Source: a virus | Virus record (IMG/VR): IMGVR_UViG_3300006810_006497 | Span: 3,918 to 67,917 of that record | DNA length: 64,000 nt | Strand: one strand, 5' to 3' | Part shown: positions 9,328 through 19,275 of the stretch, in pieces | Position numbering within the stretch: the stretch's first letter is position 1 | How the letters are laid out: each line of letters starts with the position of its first letter | Notes under the pieces: model-generated | Seen by the model: the letters and a program-made list of their open reading frames with translations, nothing else | What the model was told of the DNA's origin: nothing | Database searches by the model: none | Position numbers and translations under genes: made by a program

Positions 9328-10476
9328 TCATGCACTCAGATCTCGGATCTTGCCGTGTGCGCCATAGAAGAGTTGCCACAGGTCGCCCATCGTGTGGAAC
9401 AGACCGACTTGACCGAGGCGGTTGATCCCGAAGGGGTCGCCCGTTTCGATACCAGACTCGTGGTAAAGCGTTGGCTTGGCGGTGCAGAAGTAGGTGTAGT
9501 CCGTGTCGATGAAGTAAAGACGGGACAGGCCATCGTCTTCAACGTCCTTCGAGGGGATGATCGGGACGCCGTTGTAGGTGGCGACGACGAAGCCAGCGTC
9601 CATACCTGGGACACCTTGAACGCCGTTGACACTTGGGGCGACACGCTTCATCTCGGTGAAACGCTGCTGAGGTTGGAGGAGTTGCTGGATCTTCTCAACG
9701 GTGTCGTAGCCCGTGAGGATGACCTTGGGCTGACCACCACGTTCCCAGACGCTGCGGAACATTCCATCGAGGATGTTCAAGGTGAGGGGGCGTTCTGCGC
9801 CACCCGTACCAGCATCGACGTTGGCGTCGTACCACTCACGAGCCGCGCCACCAGAGGAATCACGGGTGAGGCTGTATTGGTTGTGAACGGTGGCTGCGCT
9901 GATGTCAGCGAAAGCAGAGGTTTCGATGAAGGATGAAGAGGTTGCACGGTCGATGGACTCGAAGGAGTTGCCAGCAACGGTGTTGACATCTCGAAGGAGC
10001 ATCTTGTTGATCGACTCAGCGTGGGACTTCGACATTTCCATCTTGATCACAGCACGAGCATCGCCAAGGCCATCGTCCTTGTCAGCAAGGAACATGGCGG
10101 TTTCGGAGAGGTCGAACTTGGAAGCCACAGTCTTGGGCTTGGTGCTGACCTCAGCGAAGGTTGGCTTGGTGGAGTCGGGGAGCGTCCCGTTCTCAGCAAT
10201 ACCCGATGCTTCATCGGGCTTGCCAACGACGACACGCCATCCACTCTTCTCCCAAGGCTTCTTGGGGAGGATCGAGAAGGCGTTGAACTCTTGGTTCAGT
10301 TGCGACCAAACCTTGCGGCCAAAGATGGCGTTGTAGGTTCCAGTCGTGGTGGACATGAGAGGCGAATCAGCCTTGAGCAGATCCGTGCCGCTGTAAGCCC
10401 AGGCGTTGCTTCCAGCACCTGCGCCGTAGTAAAGGCGTTCCATGTCTTCGATTGTTCGGATGTATCCTTGGGTCAT
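9328..10476 (-). CDS. major capsid protein (HK97 fold)
   Basis: 382 aa following the protease. GIAENGTLP, TKPKTVA, GGQPKVILTG and YNGVPII motifs. Strong codon bias. Confidence 0.9.
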   Translation of the reverse strand: MTQGYIRTIEDMERLYYGAGAGSNAWAYSGTDLLKADSPLMSTTTGTYNAIFGRKVWSQLNQEFNAFSILPKKPWEKSGWRVVVGKPDEASGIAENGTLPDSTKPTFAEVSTKPKTVASKFDLSETAMFLADKDDGLGDARAVIKMEMSKSHAESINKMLLRDVNTVAGNSFESIDRATSSSFIETSAFADISAATVHNQYSLTRDSSGGAAREWYDANVDAGTGGAERPLTLNILDGMFRSVWERGGQPKVILTGYDTVEKIQQLLQPQQRFTEMKRVAPSVNGVQGVPGMDAGFVVATYNGVPIIPSKDVEDDGLSRLYFIDTDYTYFCTAKPTLYHESGIETGDPFGINRLGQVGLFHTMGDLWQLFYGAHGKIRDLSA

Positions 10477-10498
10477 GTTTCATCATCTCCTGTTTGTT

Positions 10499-11863
10499 TC
10501 AATCTCCACGCAAGGCTCGCATTGCCAATGCTTCTGCGGCTCGCCAACCATCGATGTCGCTGCCCATCTGGGCGAACTCGTCATGGGTTGGTACACGGAT
10601 GGAGGTGGTGGGTGCGGATGGCACGGGGGTGGCACTCTTCTGGAGGTCGGTGTTCTCAGACTTGAGCATGGCGATCTCCTCACGGAGGGCGTTGATCTGG
10701 TGTCCGACATCGTTCTGCTTGCGGAGTTCCACAGCACGAGCGGTTTCGGATTCGTAGCGGTCTTGCCACTCCTTCTCGACGAGGCCCTTCACGGCTTCCT
10801 CATCACGCAGAGCAGCGTAGGTGCGGTAGCCCTTTTCGAGCATCTCAGGGGTGAGGGACTTGACCACGTTTTGGTTGCCAGAGGGAGCGTTCATGTTCAT
10901 GTTGGGAACGCTTGGCCCTTTGATGACGTAGTTGTTGCCGCCAGGAGAGGGGAGGGTGGGGTAGGCTGGTTCGGTTGCATCTTCACCAGATCCAACTTCA
11001 TCGCCTTGACCACGGTGGGAGAAGCCGCCGCTGCCCTGCTCAGGGAGGTAGGCTTTCTCCAAACCGAAGTGATCTCGAAGGGTGTTGAGATCCACGCCAG
11101 AGTCGTGGGCAAACTTTTCGAGGGTGTCGATGTAGGCGAGGGCGAGATCTTCCTCAGCCGACTTCTTGGTGCAGCCTTCGCAATCCGAGGATTTGCAGAC
11201 GCTACAACTCATGTTTTTGTAGGCTTTGTCCTCTTTGCCTTCGTTCAGTTCTTTGAGGACTTCGCTGAGTCCAGCCTTAATTTCATTCAGCACTTCCGTA
11301 TTGCTCATGTTTTCATCTCCATCCATTTTGAGGATCGTGTATGCCGCCTCGGGATTGATTCCCTTCTTGCATAGCGTGATCTCATGGAGTTCAAGGTCGG
11401 TGATCTCTCGATGCGTACCGAGTTCGGGCGTAGTCTTGGACACTCGAAATAGTGCCTGTCCACCAATGGAGAACGCCCGTAGGTCGCCATTGCGGATTTG
11501 CTTCTGCACTTCACGTGCTTTTTGAATGTCGTTGCGGATTTTGCAAACAACGAACAGTCCGTGATCATCAACTTCGGATTTCCAAAGGCGACCTTCGCTA
11601 TCATTGTAGGAAGGAACAACTTCTCCGACTTGGATACCAGAGTGTGCCAACTGAACATTGCGGAATGCTTTGTTGCCCATGAATTGGTCGAAAGCCTTCT
11701 TGAGGGCGTTGACAGGGATTCGATCACCCTGCTTGTCCACCATGTCAACAGATGCATAACCTGCCACATAGAGGTCGCCATTGGCGGCGGCAGACTTGAG
11801 AAGGAAATCCGAACCTTCCGCAGACCATCCTGCGGAGTTCAGTTCCATTGTCGTCGCCGTCAT
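10499..11863 (-). CDS. prohead maturation protease with C-terminal scaffold
   Basis: VAGYASVDMVDKQGD, LAHSG, LRAFSIGG and ELHEITLCKKGINPEA are HK97-type protease motifs. Coiled-coil C-terminus. Confidence 0.9.
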   Translation of the reverse strand: MTATTMELNSAGWSAEGSDFLLKSAAANGDLYVAGYASVDMVDKQGDRIPVNALKKAFDQFMGNKAFRNVQLAHSGIQVGEVVPSYNDSEGRLWKSEVDDHGLFVVCKIRNDIQKAREVQKQIRNGDLRAFSIGGQALFRVSKTTPELGTHREITDLELHEITLCKKGINPEAAYTILKMDGDENMSNTEVLNEIKAGLSEVLKELNEGKEDKAYKNMSCSVCKSSDCEGCTKKSAEEDLALAYIDTLEKFAHDSGVDLNTLRDHFGLEKAYLPEQGSGGFSHRGQGDEVGSGEDATEPAYPTLPSPGGNNYVIKGPSVPNMNMNAPSGNQNVVKSLTPEMLEKGYRTYAALRDEEAVKGLVEKEWQDRYESETARAVELRKQNDVGHQINALREEIAMLKSENTDLQKSATPVPSAPTTSIRVPTHDEFAQMGSDIDGWRAAEALAMRALRGD

Positions 11864-11885
11864 TATTCGGCAAATATCGAGTCAT

Positions 11886-11896
11886 CCTATATGAAG
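11886..11896 (-). promoter_or_regulatory. putative late promoter CTTCATATAGG
   Basis: TATA-like box ending 23 nt upstream of protease ATG 11863. Confidence 0.55.
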
Positions 11897-11907
11897 GCTA
11901 TCTCAAC

Positions 11908-11913
11908 AAAAAA
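11908..11913 (-). terminator. possible archaeal oligo-T terminator
   Basis: T6 on the minus strand just after the stop of 11922..15344. Confidence 0.3.
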
Positions 11914-11921
11914 GTGAGATC

Positions 11922-14900
11922 TCAGTCTTCGTCATCGGCCTCGGAACGATCACTCGGCTCCACTTCTTGTTCTTCGAGCATCTCCTGTTGGGTTTTCATA
12001 GGGACTCGAAGAGTTGCTTTGCCGTTTTCAACATCTAAGGTTGATGATTCGCCCTCATCTTGGCTGTCCTTGACCTTCAAATGGTACACAGGATCTCCCT
12101 CTTGAGGTTCCTCTTCGGTTTTTGGATCGTAAAACGAAACCGCTGAATCATCCAACAACTCTGTTGGCCCAGTTGGTGCGGTGATGTCGGCTTGCATACC
12201 CGCCCAGGCTCCGCCATCAGGGGAGATTCTGTTCATTCGAGGGAACATACGCTCCACAATGTCGTCATCGATTGCTTCGTTGACCGTCCATTCTCCTTTG
12301 TCCGTTTGCTCAAGTCCGTATTCGCCAGCGTACATCTCAAGCATTTTCTTGTTGAGTCCTTTGACATTCTCAATCATGTTCTCTGTTGACTTGGCTTTGT
12401 TGTCATGGGTGATGTGGCTTCGAGCAGATCTCATGATGTCGGCCACACCATGGCCCTTTTCATCAACTCCTTCAATCGCTGGCGCACGAAGAACGGTTTT
12501 TTGCAAGATCTTCAATCTTCGTGGTCGTCGCTTTTTAGATGAATGAATTGGGTTGTGAGCATCACCCGATGTGAACGTCCCCCCGCTTGAAGCAGGTGCA
12601 GCCGCCGCCCCTTCCTTTAGCAAAGCAATCGCAACAGGCCCCCAAAGAGGAGCATCTCGATTAGCCTTTGCAAACAAAACCTCATTGCCTTCAACTGCTT
12701 GAATGTTGAAACCGCCGTCGATGTATTCTCCTTTCAACACTACGGGTTCAAGAATGGAGGGATAAACCAACTTTACCTGATCTGGATAAGCGATGACCTC
12801 TGGCATGGGTGGATAAAACGCCTTAGCGATGTCCTCTTTGGCGTACCGAATCCACTTGGGGTGAACCTCCTTCTCCTTCATGAATGTGGATTTGGAATCT
12901 CGAATAAGCAACTCGTTCTTATCCAAAGCGTTGACTGTTTTGAGCAATCCCTCTTGATCGGTGGACACACAATTGGTGGGCATTGGGAAATGCACCTTTG
13001 GTGTTGAGTCGTAAAGAGTCCTCAATGCGTTGACGCGATCCTCCAACGGCTCCATGTGCATATCTGTTCCTTTGTGAACCAGCAGGTCAACAACATGAAG
13101 GACGCCATCGTCGAGGTATGCATCAAAGGTGAAATCTCCCGTAATCTCACGCAGATCCTTCCGAACATCGGACGGCAGTTTGCCGCCTTTGATGTGATTG
13201 CCCTTCTTTTCGACGAACATTCGCTCGCCACCTGGCATCTTTTGAACAACCCAATCTCCTGTGAATCCTCGCAACTTATCCATCTCGTCGAGGCTATGGA
13301 TGGTGTAGGCAGGGATGATCTTAGTCTTGAACACGCCAGTTGCTTCGTAGTCATCGGATTTGTGAATATCTCCTGTTGCTAAAGGCGATAGCCCTCGATG
13401 ATCGAGCGAACTGATTGCTTGGATGTCGCGTTGTTTCGCACCAGCGGGCAGATCAACGAAGGTTGGCCCCAACGCACCTACATGGTTTTCATGAGCCGTG
13501 CGTTGCATGATTTGGAATGGCTCCTCTGCCAAACCGAACACGATGCCTTCTTGCTTGGGGTCGTACTTCCAAGTGAGGTTTGCTGGCATTTCATGGCCCC
13601 AAAGGTGGGTGTTGCCCGTGTTGTAAATCGGAGGTGATGTTGCAAACGAGGTTGGATGGACTGGCCCCATGTTCTGAACATTCATCCGAACATTCCCCAT
13701 TTGGTCGTATGTTGGAGCCATTGCACGGTAGGTGTTGCCCATGTCCATTTTCTTCAATGCGTAGTCTGCGGCACTTGCAATTTGCTGGAGATTGCCACGA
13801 GCCAACATACCCATGTCGATGCTGGTTGGATCGGTGGGGCTTAGCACGTCTTGACCAAATTGCTTCATGACTCGAATAGCCATGTTCTGCATTGCTTGAC
13901 CCAAATGCATATCGTTGGCTGCGTAAAGAGCGTTGTGAGAATCCCAATAATCCTTAGTTGAGGAGGGGTGTTCCTCTCGAAACATACCGATTCGAGGTGC
14001 GCCCATATCCACTTGACTTGCCAAGGATCGACCCAAAGAGGATAGCATCATTTGGTCGCTTGGGACAATCATCCGCCCACCTTGGCCCTTAATCTCGCTT
14101 GGGTGGAGGAAGTGCAGATTTGAGGAATGGCTCCAATTGGAGCGTCGTTGCTCAAAGAAGTCGGAGTCGTTGAATGTTGCTTTGAGAGCATGACGGTCTG
14201 GATGCATCTCGGTGATTGGGTGGTTGACTGCATGAGGGAAGTGGCTTCCAGCATCATGCTCATATCGCATCAAAGACGATGCATTGTCATCGATGAGCAT
14301 TGAGGATAGCCATCCCTCGCCAAACCACTTAGGATATGATTGCTCAAAGATCTGCTTCAAAGAACCAATGTTTCGACCGACTCCACCCCACGGCATGAAT
14401 TGATCCCACCAATGATGGTTAATCGATTCAGCCATGTTCCCGTCTTCAAAGACCCATGGGCTCATGATATGATAATCTGCATCGTTGCTCTTTCCGATCA
14501 TACCCATGCCCATTTTGAGAGGACTGACTGGGCCGTGCCTGTCGCTTGGCCGCATCCACCAATGAAGAAGGGGGGTGAACCGCTCACGCCATGAGCGCAA
14601 CGCTCGACCCCATGAGATACCAGCCTTTTCTTGGAGTTTGTTTTGATGGAATCGGAAGTCGGGCGAACCTGGTTCGGTTTGATTCATTGACTTGAGGATG
14701 TCGATGAAGTTTTGACGTTGGTCTGTCGTGTTGTATTCCAGTCCAAACAGATAGGGAAGCAGTCCCAACTCTCTCTTCCATTCGCTCACTTTGCCCGCTT
14801 CGTAGTCCTCGTCCGATGCATGACGGTATCGGTTTCGATCACGCTTGAACAAATCGTACATCGATTCCTTTGGATCTCCATAGAAGCCTTTGTCATAGTT

Positions 14901-15344
14901 GAGGACGCGCTCCTTCTCTGCGAGTTGTTGTAGCATTGGCATACCGAAGGCAATGTGTTCAGCGTATGCAGGATCTCCGTGGATTGCACCGTGGAGCAAT
15001 GGGCAACTGTTGGACTTCATGCCAAATGGATGGTGTTCGCCATAGCGATTGTTGGCGGCAGCGGAGGGCCAATCCTTCAATGGACTGTTGGTCATCTTGG
15101 CATGACCTGCGATGAAGTCTTGATACCCAGGGATCTTCATGCTCGATACGGGCATTGCTGATTCCAAGTCCGTCATGTTGAACTCTGGGCGTTGCATCAT
15201 TCCCATTCCGAGCATGGTCGCCAAGTCCTCTTTGAGGAGATCTCGATTAGCGATTGCTTTGAGATACGGGTCGAAATCGAAATCGGATGCACGATGGACT
15301 GCGATGATCGCATCAGTCCGAAGGCGGTCAATCTCGCTCGTCAA
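11922..15344 (-). CDS. large head-module protein with a divergent ATP-dependent ligase-like (nucleotidyltransferase) domain
   Basis: WVVQKMPGGERM (motif I-like), FTFDAYL (III), HVVDLL (IIIa), PLEDRVNAL, ELLIRD (IV), KWIRY (V). Confidence 0.65.
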   Translation of the reverse strand: MTSEIDRLRTDAIIAVHRASDFDFDPYLKAIANRDLLKEDLATMLGMGMMQRPEFNMTDLESAMPVSSMKIPGYQDFIAGHAKMTNSPLKDWPSAAANNRYGEHHPFGMKSNSCPLLHGAIHGDPAYAEHIAFGMPMLQQLAEKERVLNYDKGFYGDPKESMYDLFKRDRNRYRHASDEDYEAGKVSEWKRELGLLPYLFGLEYNTTDQRQNFIDILKSMNQTEPGSPDFRFHQNKLQEKAGISWGRALRSWRERFTPLLHWWMRPSDRHGPVSPLKMGMGMIGKSNDADYHIMSPWVFEDGNMAESINHHWWDQFMPWGGVGRNIGSLKQIFEQSYPKWFGEGWLSSMLIDDNASSLMRYEHDAGSHFPHAVNHPITEMHPDRHALKATFNDSDFFEQRRSNWSHSSNLHFLHPSEIKGQGGRMIVPSDQMMLSSLGRSLASQVDMGAPRIGMFREEHPSSTKDYWDSHNALYAANDMHLGQAMQNMAIRVMKQFGQDVLSPTDPTSIDMGMLARGNLQQIASAADYALKKMDMGNTYRAMAPTYDQMGNVRMNVQNMGPVHPTSFATSPPIYNTGNTHLWGHEMPANLTWKYDPKQEGIVFGLAEEPFQIMQRTAHENHVGALGPTFVDLPAGAKQRDIQAISSLDHRGLSPLATGDIHKSDDYEATGVFKTKIIPAYTIHSLDEMDKLRGFTGDWVVQKMPGGERMFVEKKGNHIKGGKLPSDVRKDLREITGDFTFDAYLDDGVLHVVDLLVHKGTDMHMEPLEDRVNALRTLYDSTPKVHFPMPTNCVSTDQEGLLKTVNALDKNELLIRDSKSTFMKEKEVHPKWIRYAKEDIAKAFYPPMPEVIAYPDQVKLVYPSILEPVVLKGEYIDGGFNIQAVEGNEVLFAKANRDAPLWGPVAIALLKEGAAAAPASSGGTFTSGDAHNPIHSSKKRRPRRLKILQKTVLRAPAIEGVDEKGHGVADIMRSARSHITHDNKAKSTENMIENVKGLNKKMLEMYAGEYGLEQTDKGEWTVNEAIDDDIVERMFPRMNRISPDGGAWAGMQADITAPTGPTELLDDSAVSFYDPKTEEEPQEGDPVYHLKVKDSQDEGESSTLDVENGKATLRVPMKTQQEMLEEQEVEPSDRSEADDED

Positions 15345-15356
15345 TCTTTCACCTCC

Positions 15357-16325
15357 TTATTCGGAGGCCAAATGTTCCTTCACCTGTTTGATGAGGGATT
15401 CGATTTCTCCGATGACGCCTTGGTTCACCTTAGAAGCACCCTTGGTGAGCGAAGCGAGTCGCTCCTCAATTGGAGCAAGGTTTGGCAGGTTGCCAGAGTT
15501 GCCGCCGTCAGTCAAGTGCATATGCAGAGAACTGCTATTGGCGGAATAGCCCTGCTGAGAATACGCAGGGATCTTGGCCTTCTCGCTGATCGTGGTTTTC
15601 TTGATGCCATCCGTGGTGTGAGGGATGCGTTGGTTTGTGGTGTAGCCACGTGCAACCACAGCGATGCCGCCGTCCACGTTTTGGAAAGTTGGAACGCTGT
15701 TTGAGGAATCGGGTTCCTGTTCGTATTTGACGACATCCGATTTGCCAAGATCAAGAATGTTGACGAGTTTATCCTTCTTTGCTTGCATACGGATCCCACA
15801 ATTGCGGGCGGGCGTCATTCCATTTGTTGCGCCACAAGCACCATCGGGCATTGCGCCACATACATTGCAAGCCAAATGGTGGCCTCCTTCATAGTGTTCT
15901 TCGGGAGTTTCTTCTCGCAGATCATCCATTCGAGAATCAAATGCGATGGGGTTGAGTTTGCAATCAATTGCTTTGTGATCTGGGCCTTTCATGCCACAGT
16001 CTTCGTGTGGGTTTGCACCACAGGTTGGACAGTTGTCCGACGCATCGAACTTGATGACTGTTTCCTTCTTTGGCGTGGGCATTTTTGGAGGATCTTTTTG
16101 CCCTCGATCCGACTTGTAGCCCTTCTCAGCCTCAGTCTTCTTTTTCTTGCCGCCGACAACGCCACGTCCATGGAGGACATCGGCCATGGTGGTTTTGCCA
16201 TCTCCGTTGAGATCAGGGAAGCCGCCCTTCTTTTTGCCTTTGACGGCCTTCAACAGATCCTTGACCTCAGTCAAGAGTTGCCCTTCTTGAGTTTCTGCAA
16301 GCGGGTCGTACCATTGTGCGCTCAT
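15357..16325 (-). CDS. hypothetical head protein with two Zn-finger repeats and a Dx[DN]xDG loop
   Basis: CPTCGANPHEDCG and CNVCGAMPDGACG repeats. DLNGDGKTTMADV loop. Confidence 0.6.
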   Translation of the reverse strand: MSAQWYDPLAETQEGQLLTEVKDLLKAVKGKKKGGFPDLNGDGKTTMADVLHGRGVVGGKKKKTEAEKGYKSDRGQKDPPKMPTPKKETVIKFDASDNCPTCGANPHEDCGMKGPDHKAIDCKLNPIAFDSRMDDLREETPEEHYEGGHHLACNVCGAMPDGACGATNGMTPARNCGIRMQAKKDKLVNILDLGKSDVVKYEQEPDSSNSVPTFQNVDGGIAVVARGYTTNQRIPHTTDGIKKTTISEKAKIPAYSQQGYSANSSSLHMHLTDGGNSGNLPNLAPIEERLASLTKGASKVNQGVIGEIESLIKQVKEHLASE

Positions 16326-16657
16326 CCTTTCACCTGCCTTTCAGCCTCTTCCCATTCTCGAAGTTGTTGATCGCGAGATTTGAGGAACAAATCGCCGCTT
16401 CCCTCAAACGGGGTTGAGAACGAACTGTCGCCAACTGCTCGGTTCAATGGGTCGAATGTTTCGTCTGCATGAGGGGTTGAGAACTTCTTCCAGCCGTGCT
16501 TTCGCATGATAGTTTCAGGATCATCAACTGCCTTACGCAGGTTTGAGTTTTCATGTTCGAGGGCCTCAATGCGTTGGCGCATTTGGCGAACCTCGCCAAC
16601 CAACTCTTTGAGCAACTCAACTTGAGCCTGTTCATTAGAAACCTCTTCGGTCATCAC
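16322..16657 (-). CDS. coiled-coil hypothetical protein
   Basis: Translationally coupled ORF with heptad pattern. Confidence 0.6.
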   Translation of the reverse strand: MMTEEVSNEQAQVELLKELVGEVRQMRQRIEALEHENSNLRKAVDDPETIMRKHGWKKFSTPHADETFDPLNRAVGDSSFSTPFEGSGDLFLKSRDQQLREWEEAERQVKG

Positions 16658-17076
16658 ATACCCCCCATGTTTTGCATACCTGGTGGCATATTCATTGGAG
16701 GCTGTTCCATGGATGCAGCGGCCATTGGATCATTGCCCATGCCGACAGGAGCCATCGGTTGCATTTGCAAAACGCTGGCGTGTGCTTCCCGCAACATAGC
16801 CGCATCGCCTTGACACGAGAGGATTTTCTTACGCATATTCTCTGCGGCTTCTTGAAGACGAAGGGTTGGTTCAGCGGCCACATTTGCTTGCCTCGATTGC
16901 GACATGAGGTGATTGAATTGAGCCACTTGATCTGCGAGAGCGGCAATGGCGGCGTCGATCTCTCCCAACAGCGTGTCGGCTGGTGCTTTCGACTGAGCGG
17001 TCATCGGCTGTTGCTTAAGGAACGTGTCGGAGATGTGAACCGTTTTTCGGTTCGTGTTGGCATCGCTCCAATACAA
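16654..17076 (-). CDS. coiled-coil hypothetical protein
   Basis: Coupled ORF, TTG start after GGTGA. Confidence 0.55.
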   Translation of the reverse strand: MYWSDANTNRKTVHISDTFLKQQPMTAQSKAPADTLLGEIDAAIAALADQVAQFNHLMSQSRQANVAAEPTLRLQEAAENMRKKILSCQGDAAMLREAHASVLQMQPMAPVGMGNDPMAAASMEQPPMNMPPGMQNMGGM

Positions 17077-17077
17077 A

Positions 17078-17425
17078 TCAAATCACCCGATGCGGTTGGA
17101 AATATCCAGAGTCCCGTCCATGACGACTCACGCCCAACGCAACGGCGTTCTCGGTTCCGTTGTAGTCCGAGGCTTGGTTGTCGAACTGTGAAATTGCGCC
17201 GAGGAAGCGGTCGGAGGGCTGGCTCTTTGCCATGGATTTGGTGAGCATATCGTGGGTGGCGAGATCCGACTTCAACATTGAAAGTGCGTTCTCTGCCTGT
17301 TCGAGGTGAGCGGCCAAGGAATCTCGATCACCTGTGGCGATTGCCTTCTCAATGGCTTCGACAGCGGCTTTTGCCCGTCGAGCCATAGGATCCATTTTTG
17401 CAATGATGTCAAATCCGTCTGTCAT
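17078..17425 (-). CDS. hypothetical helical protein
   Basis: Start MTDGFDIIAKM after GGAGG. Several K|S/A sites. Confidence 0.6.
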   Translation of the reverse strand: MTDGFDIIAKMDPMARRAKAAVEAIEKAIATGDRDSLAAHLEQAENALSMLKSDLATHDMLTKSMAKSQPSDRFLGAISQFDNQASDYNGTENAVALGVSRHGRDSGYFQPHRVI

Positions 17426-17472
17426 GCTGCTCAAAACCTCCCATGTTATCCAACTTAAAGAGCATTTTCCTC

Positions 17473-19275
17473 TCAACTGTCCAATCCTTTACGCTTCCCC
17501 ATTTGGTTCAAACGCTCATCGGCCATCTTCTCGCCAACGGACTTGAGATCTCGTTTGTCCGTTTTCTTCTCAGCACCAGTCGGTGCGCCTTCGTTGCGCT
17601 TGACCATACCAGGGGACTGGCCTCCAGATTGGCGTGTGTTTTGACTGATGGTGCGAAGTGGCGGCAAATCTGTACCCATGGTTGATGCGAGAGCATCGTT
17701 GCCAACTGGGACTGAACCTCGACTGGAATCGAACTCTGTTCGCTTGAACATCATGGCTGGATCGTTGAGCAACTCATCCGTCTTTTGCACAGGCGGTGCT
17801 TGACCGCCTCCCTGCTGCCCCTGTTGTTGAGCAGCGGCTGCGGCTTGAGCGGCGGCAACCTCTTCTGGATTTGGCTCTTTGAAGTCAAAGTGGAGGATCT
17901 TATCATCAATGCCATCTCGAAGGCTTGCATCGTACCCTGCCTGTTTCATCTGCATCATGTTGCGGATTGCCATCTCATCACGGCGGAGTTGCATAATCTC
18001 GTCCTCCTCTTCATGTGGATTCAAGACCAACTCCCATTCATCAATGTCAAAAGCCTCAACGATTTGAGGGAACAGAACACGGTTGTAAATGGACTGTGCA
18101 TAGGCAACGGAGCGGTTGCTCACCACGATCTGCATACCCTCGTTGTTGAGGCCACCACCCGACACGTCATTCATGAACACATTGGACACGCCAAAGAATG
18201 CGGCAATGCGCTGGCGAATGTCATCCTTGATTGGGATGTATTGCAACTCTTCAAGGGTATCCATCATCCGCACATATTCCAACCCGCCACGGCCCGACTC
18301 TGTTTCAACACCAATCGTTGGGATGTAGTTTGGATCTCGTTCGAGATGTTCTTGGATGTTGCGAGCCGTCCTCTCAACCGTTTCCATGTTGGACGATTTG
18401 ATGACCATCACGCCACGAGGCATACGCTTCTTCTGGTATGCTGAATAGACGTAGTTGTCCATAGCGATGAGCGTGTTGACTTGACGCCACATTGTTGCTA
18501 CGGGGCTTCGACCGTACAACTTGGATGGCGACCATTTGCTGATGTGAATGACTTCGCCTTCGGTATAGACCTGGCCTTTGCCAACACCTGCGAGGTTCAT
18601 GTAGTGGATGGGGACGACAGGCGTCCCCGTGATTGGACATCGCTTCTTTGGGTCATTCGTTCGGAAGGTACGATCAACGAGGCTGGTGTATTGACTGCCG
18701 CCTCGAACACCACGCTTGTCAGCCAAGATCCTCATGAAAATGGGGTCTGCACGGCTAATTTCCTTCACCCGATAGAACATGACCTTCTTCGTTTCTGGGT
18801 CAACGAAATACTCCTTTGTCAAGATGAGGTAAGCGTCATCGACGATGTTGAGATCCATCTCAATCTCACGGAGAATCTCAATGAACTCTTGAAGCATACC
18901 GTTTCGAGAATGCAACATGGACTCTGCGTATTCAAGTTGCGACTTGTCGGCTTTCCGAACTTCGCCACCACACTTGGCGCACTCTTCCACCTCTTGATTG
19001 AACTTCTCATCGCATTGGCGGCACTTCACCACGAACTTTGGTTTGAAGCCGAACCCTTTACGGAAGGTTTCAACGGACAAATGGTTGAGGATGGATCGCA
19101 GAACTACACACTCGTATGATGCTGCATAGAGGGCGGGGATAGTGATACCCTGCAAAAGAGCAGGTTCTTGGATGCCAGATTGAAACAATGGCATCGTTGG
19201 CATCGGCGTTTGATGCCGTTCCATGTCAATACCGATGGCTGAGAACAGACGCTCCATCTTTTTCCTATCAGCCAT
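17473..19275 (-). CDS. portal protein with Zn-ribbon insertion
   Basis: EVIHISKWSPSKLYGRSPV, MPRGVM and IAAFFGVSNVF portal motifs. CRQC-x10-CAKC insert. Confidence 0.88.
   Translation of the reverse strand: MADRKKMERLFSAIGIDMERHQTPMPTMPLFQSGIQEPALLQGITIPALYAASYECVVLRSILNHLSVETFRKGFGFKPKFVVKCRQCDEKFNQEVEECAKCGGEVRKADKSQLEYAESMLHSRNGMLQEFIEILREIEMDLNIVDDAYLILTKEYFVDPETKKVMFYRVKEISRADPIFMRILADKRGVRGGSQYTSLVDRTFRTNDPKKRCPITGTPVVPIHYMNLAGVGKGQVYTEGEVIHISKWSPSKLYGRSPVATMWRQVNTLIAMDNYVYSAYQKKRMPRGVMVIKSSNMETVERTARNIQEHLERDPNYIPTIGVETESGRGGLEYVRMMDTLEELQYIPIKDDIRQRIAAFFGVSNVFMNDVSGGGLNNEGMQIVVSNRSVAYAQSIYNRVLFPQIVEAFDIDEWELVLNPHEEEDEIMQLRRDEMAIRNMMQMKQAGYDASLRDGIDDKILHFDFKEPNPEEVAAAQAAAAAQQQGQQGGGQAPPVQKTDELLNDPAMMFKRTEFDSSRGSVPVGNDALASTMGTDLPPLRTISQNTRQSGGQSPGMVKRNEGAPTGAEKKTDKRDLKSVGEKMADERLNQMGKRKGLDS

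Noticed and set aside
9286-11374. Long plus-strand ORFs opposite the MCP and protease
   Set aside because: Antisense shadows of strongly codon-biased genes, with no motifs.
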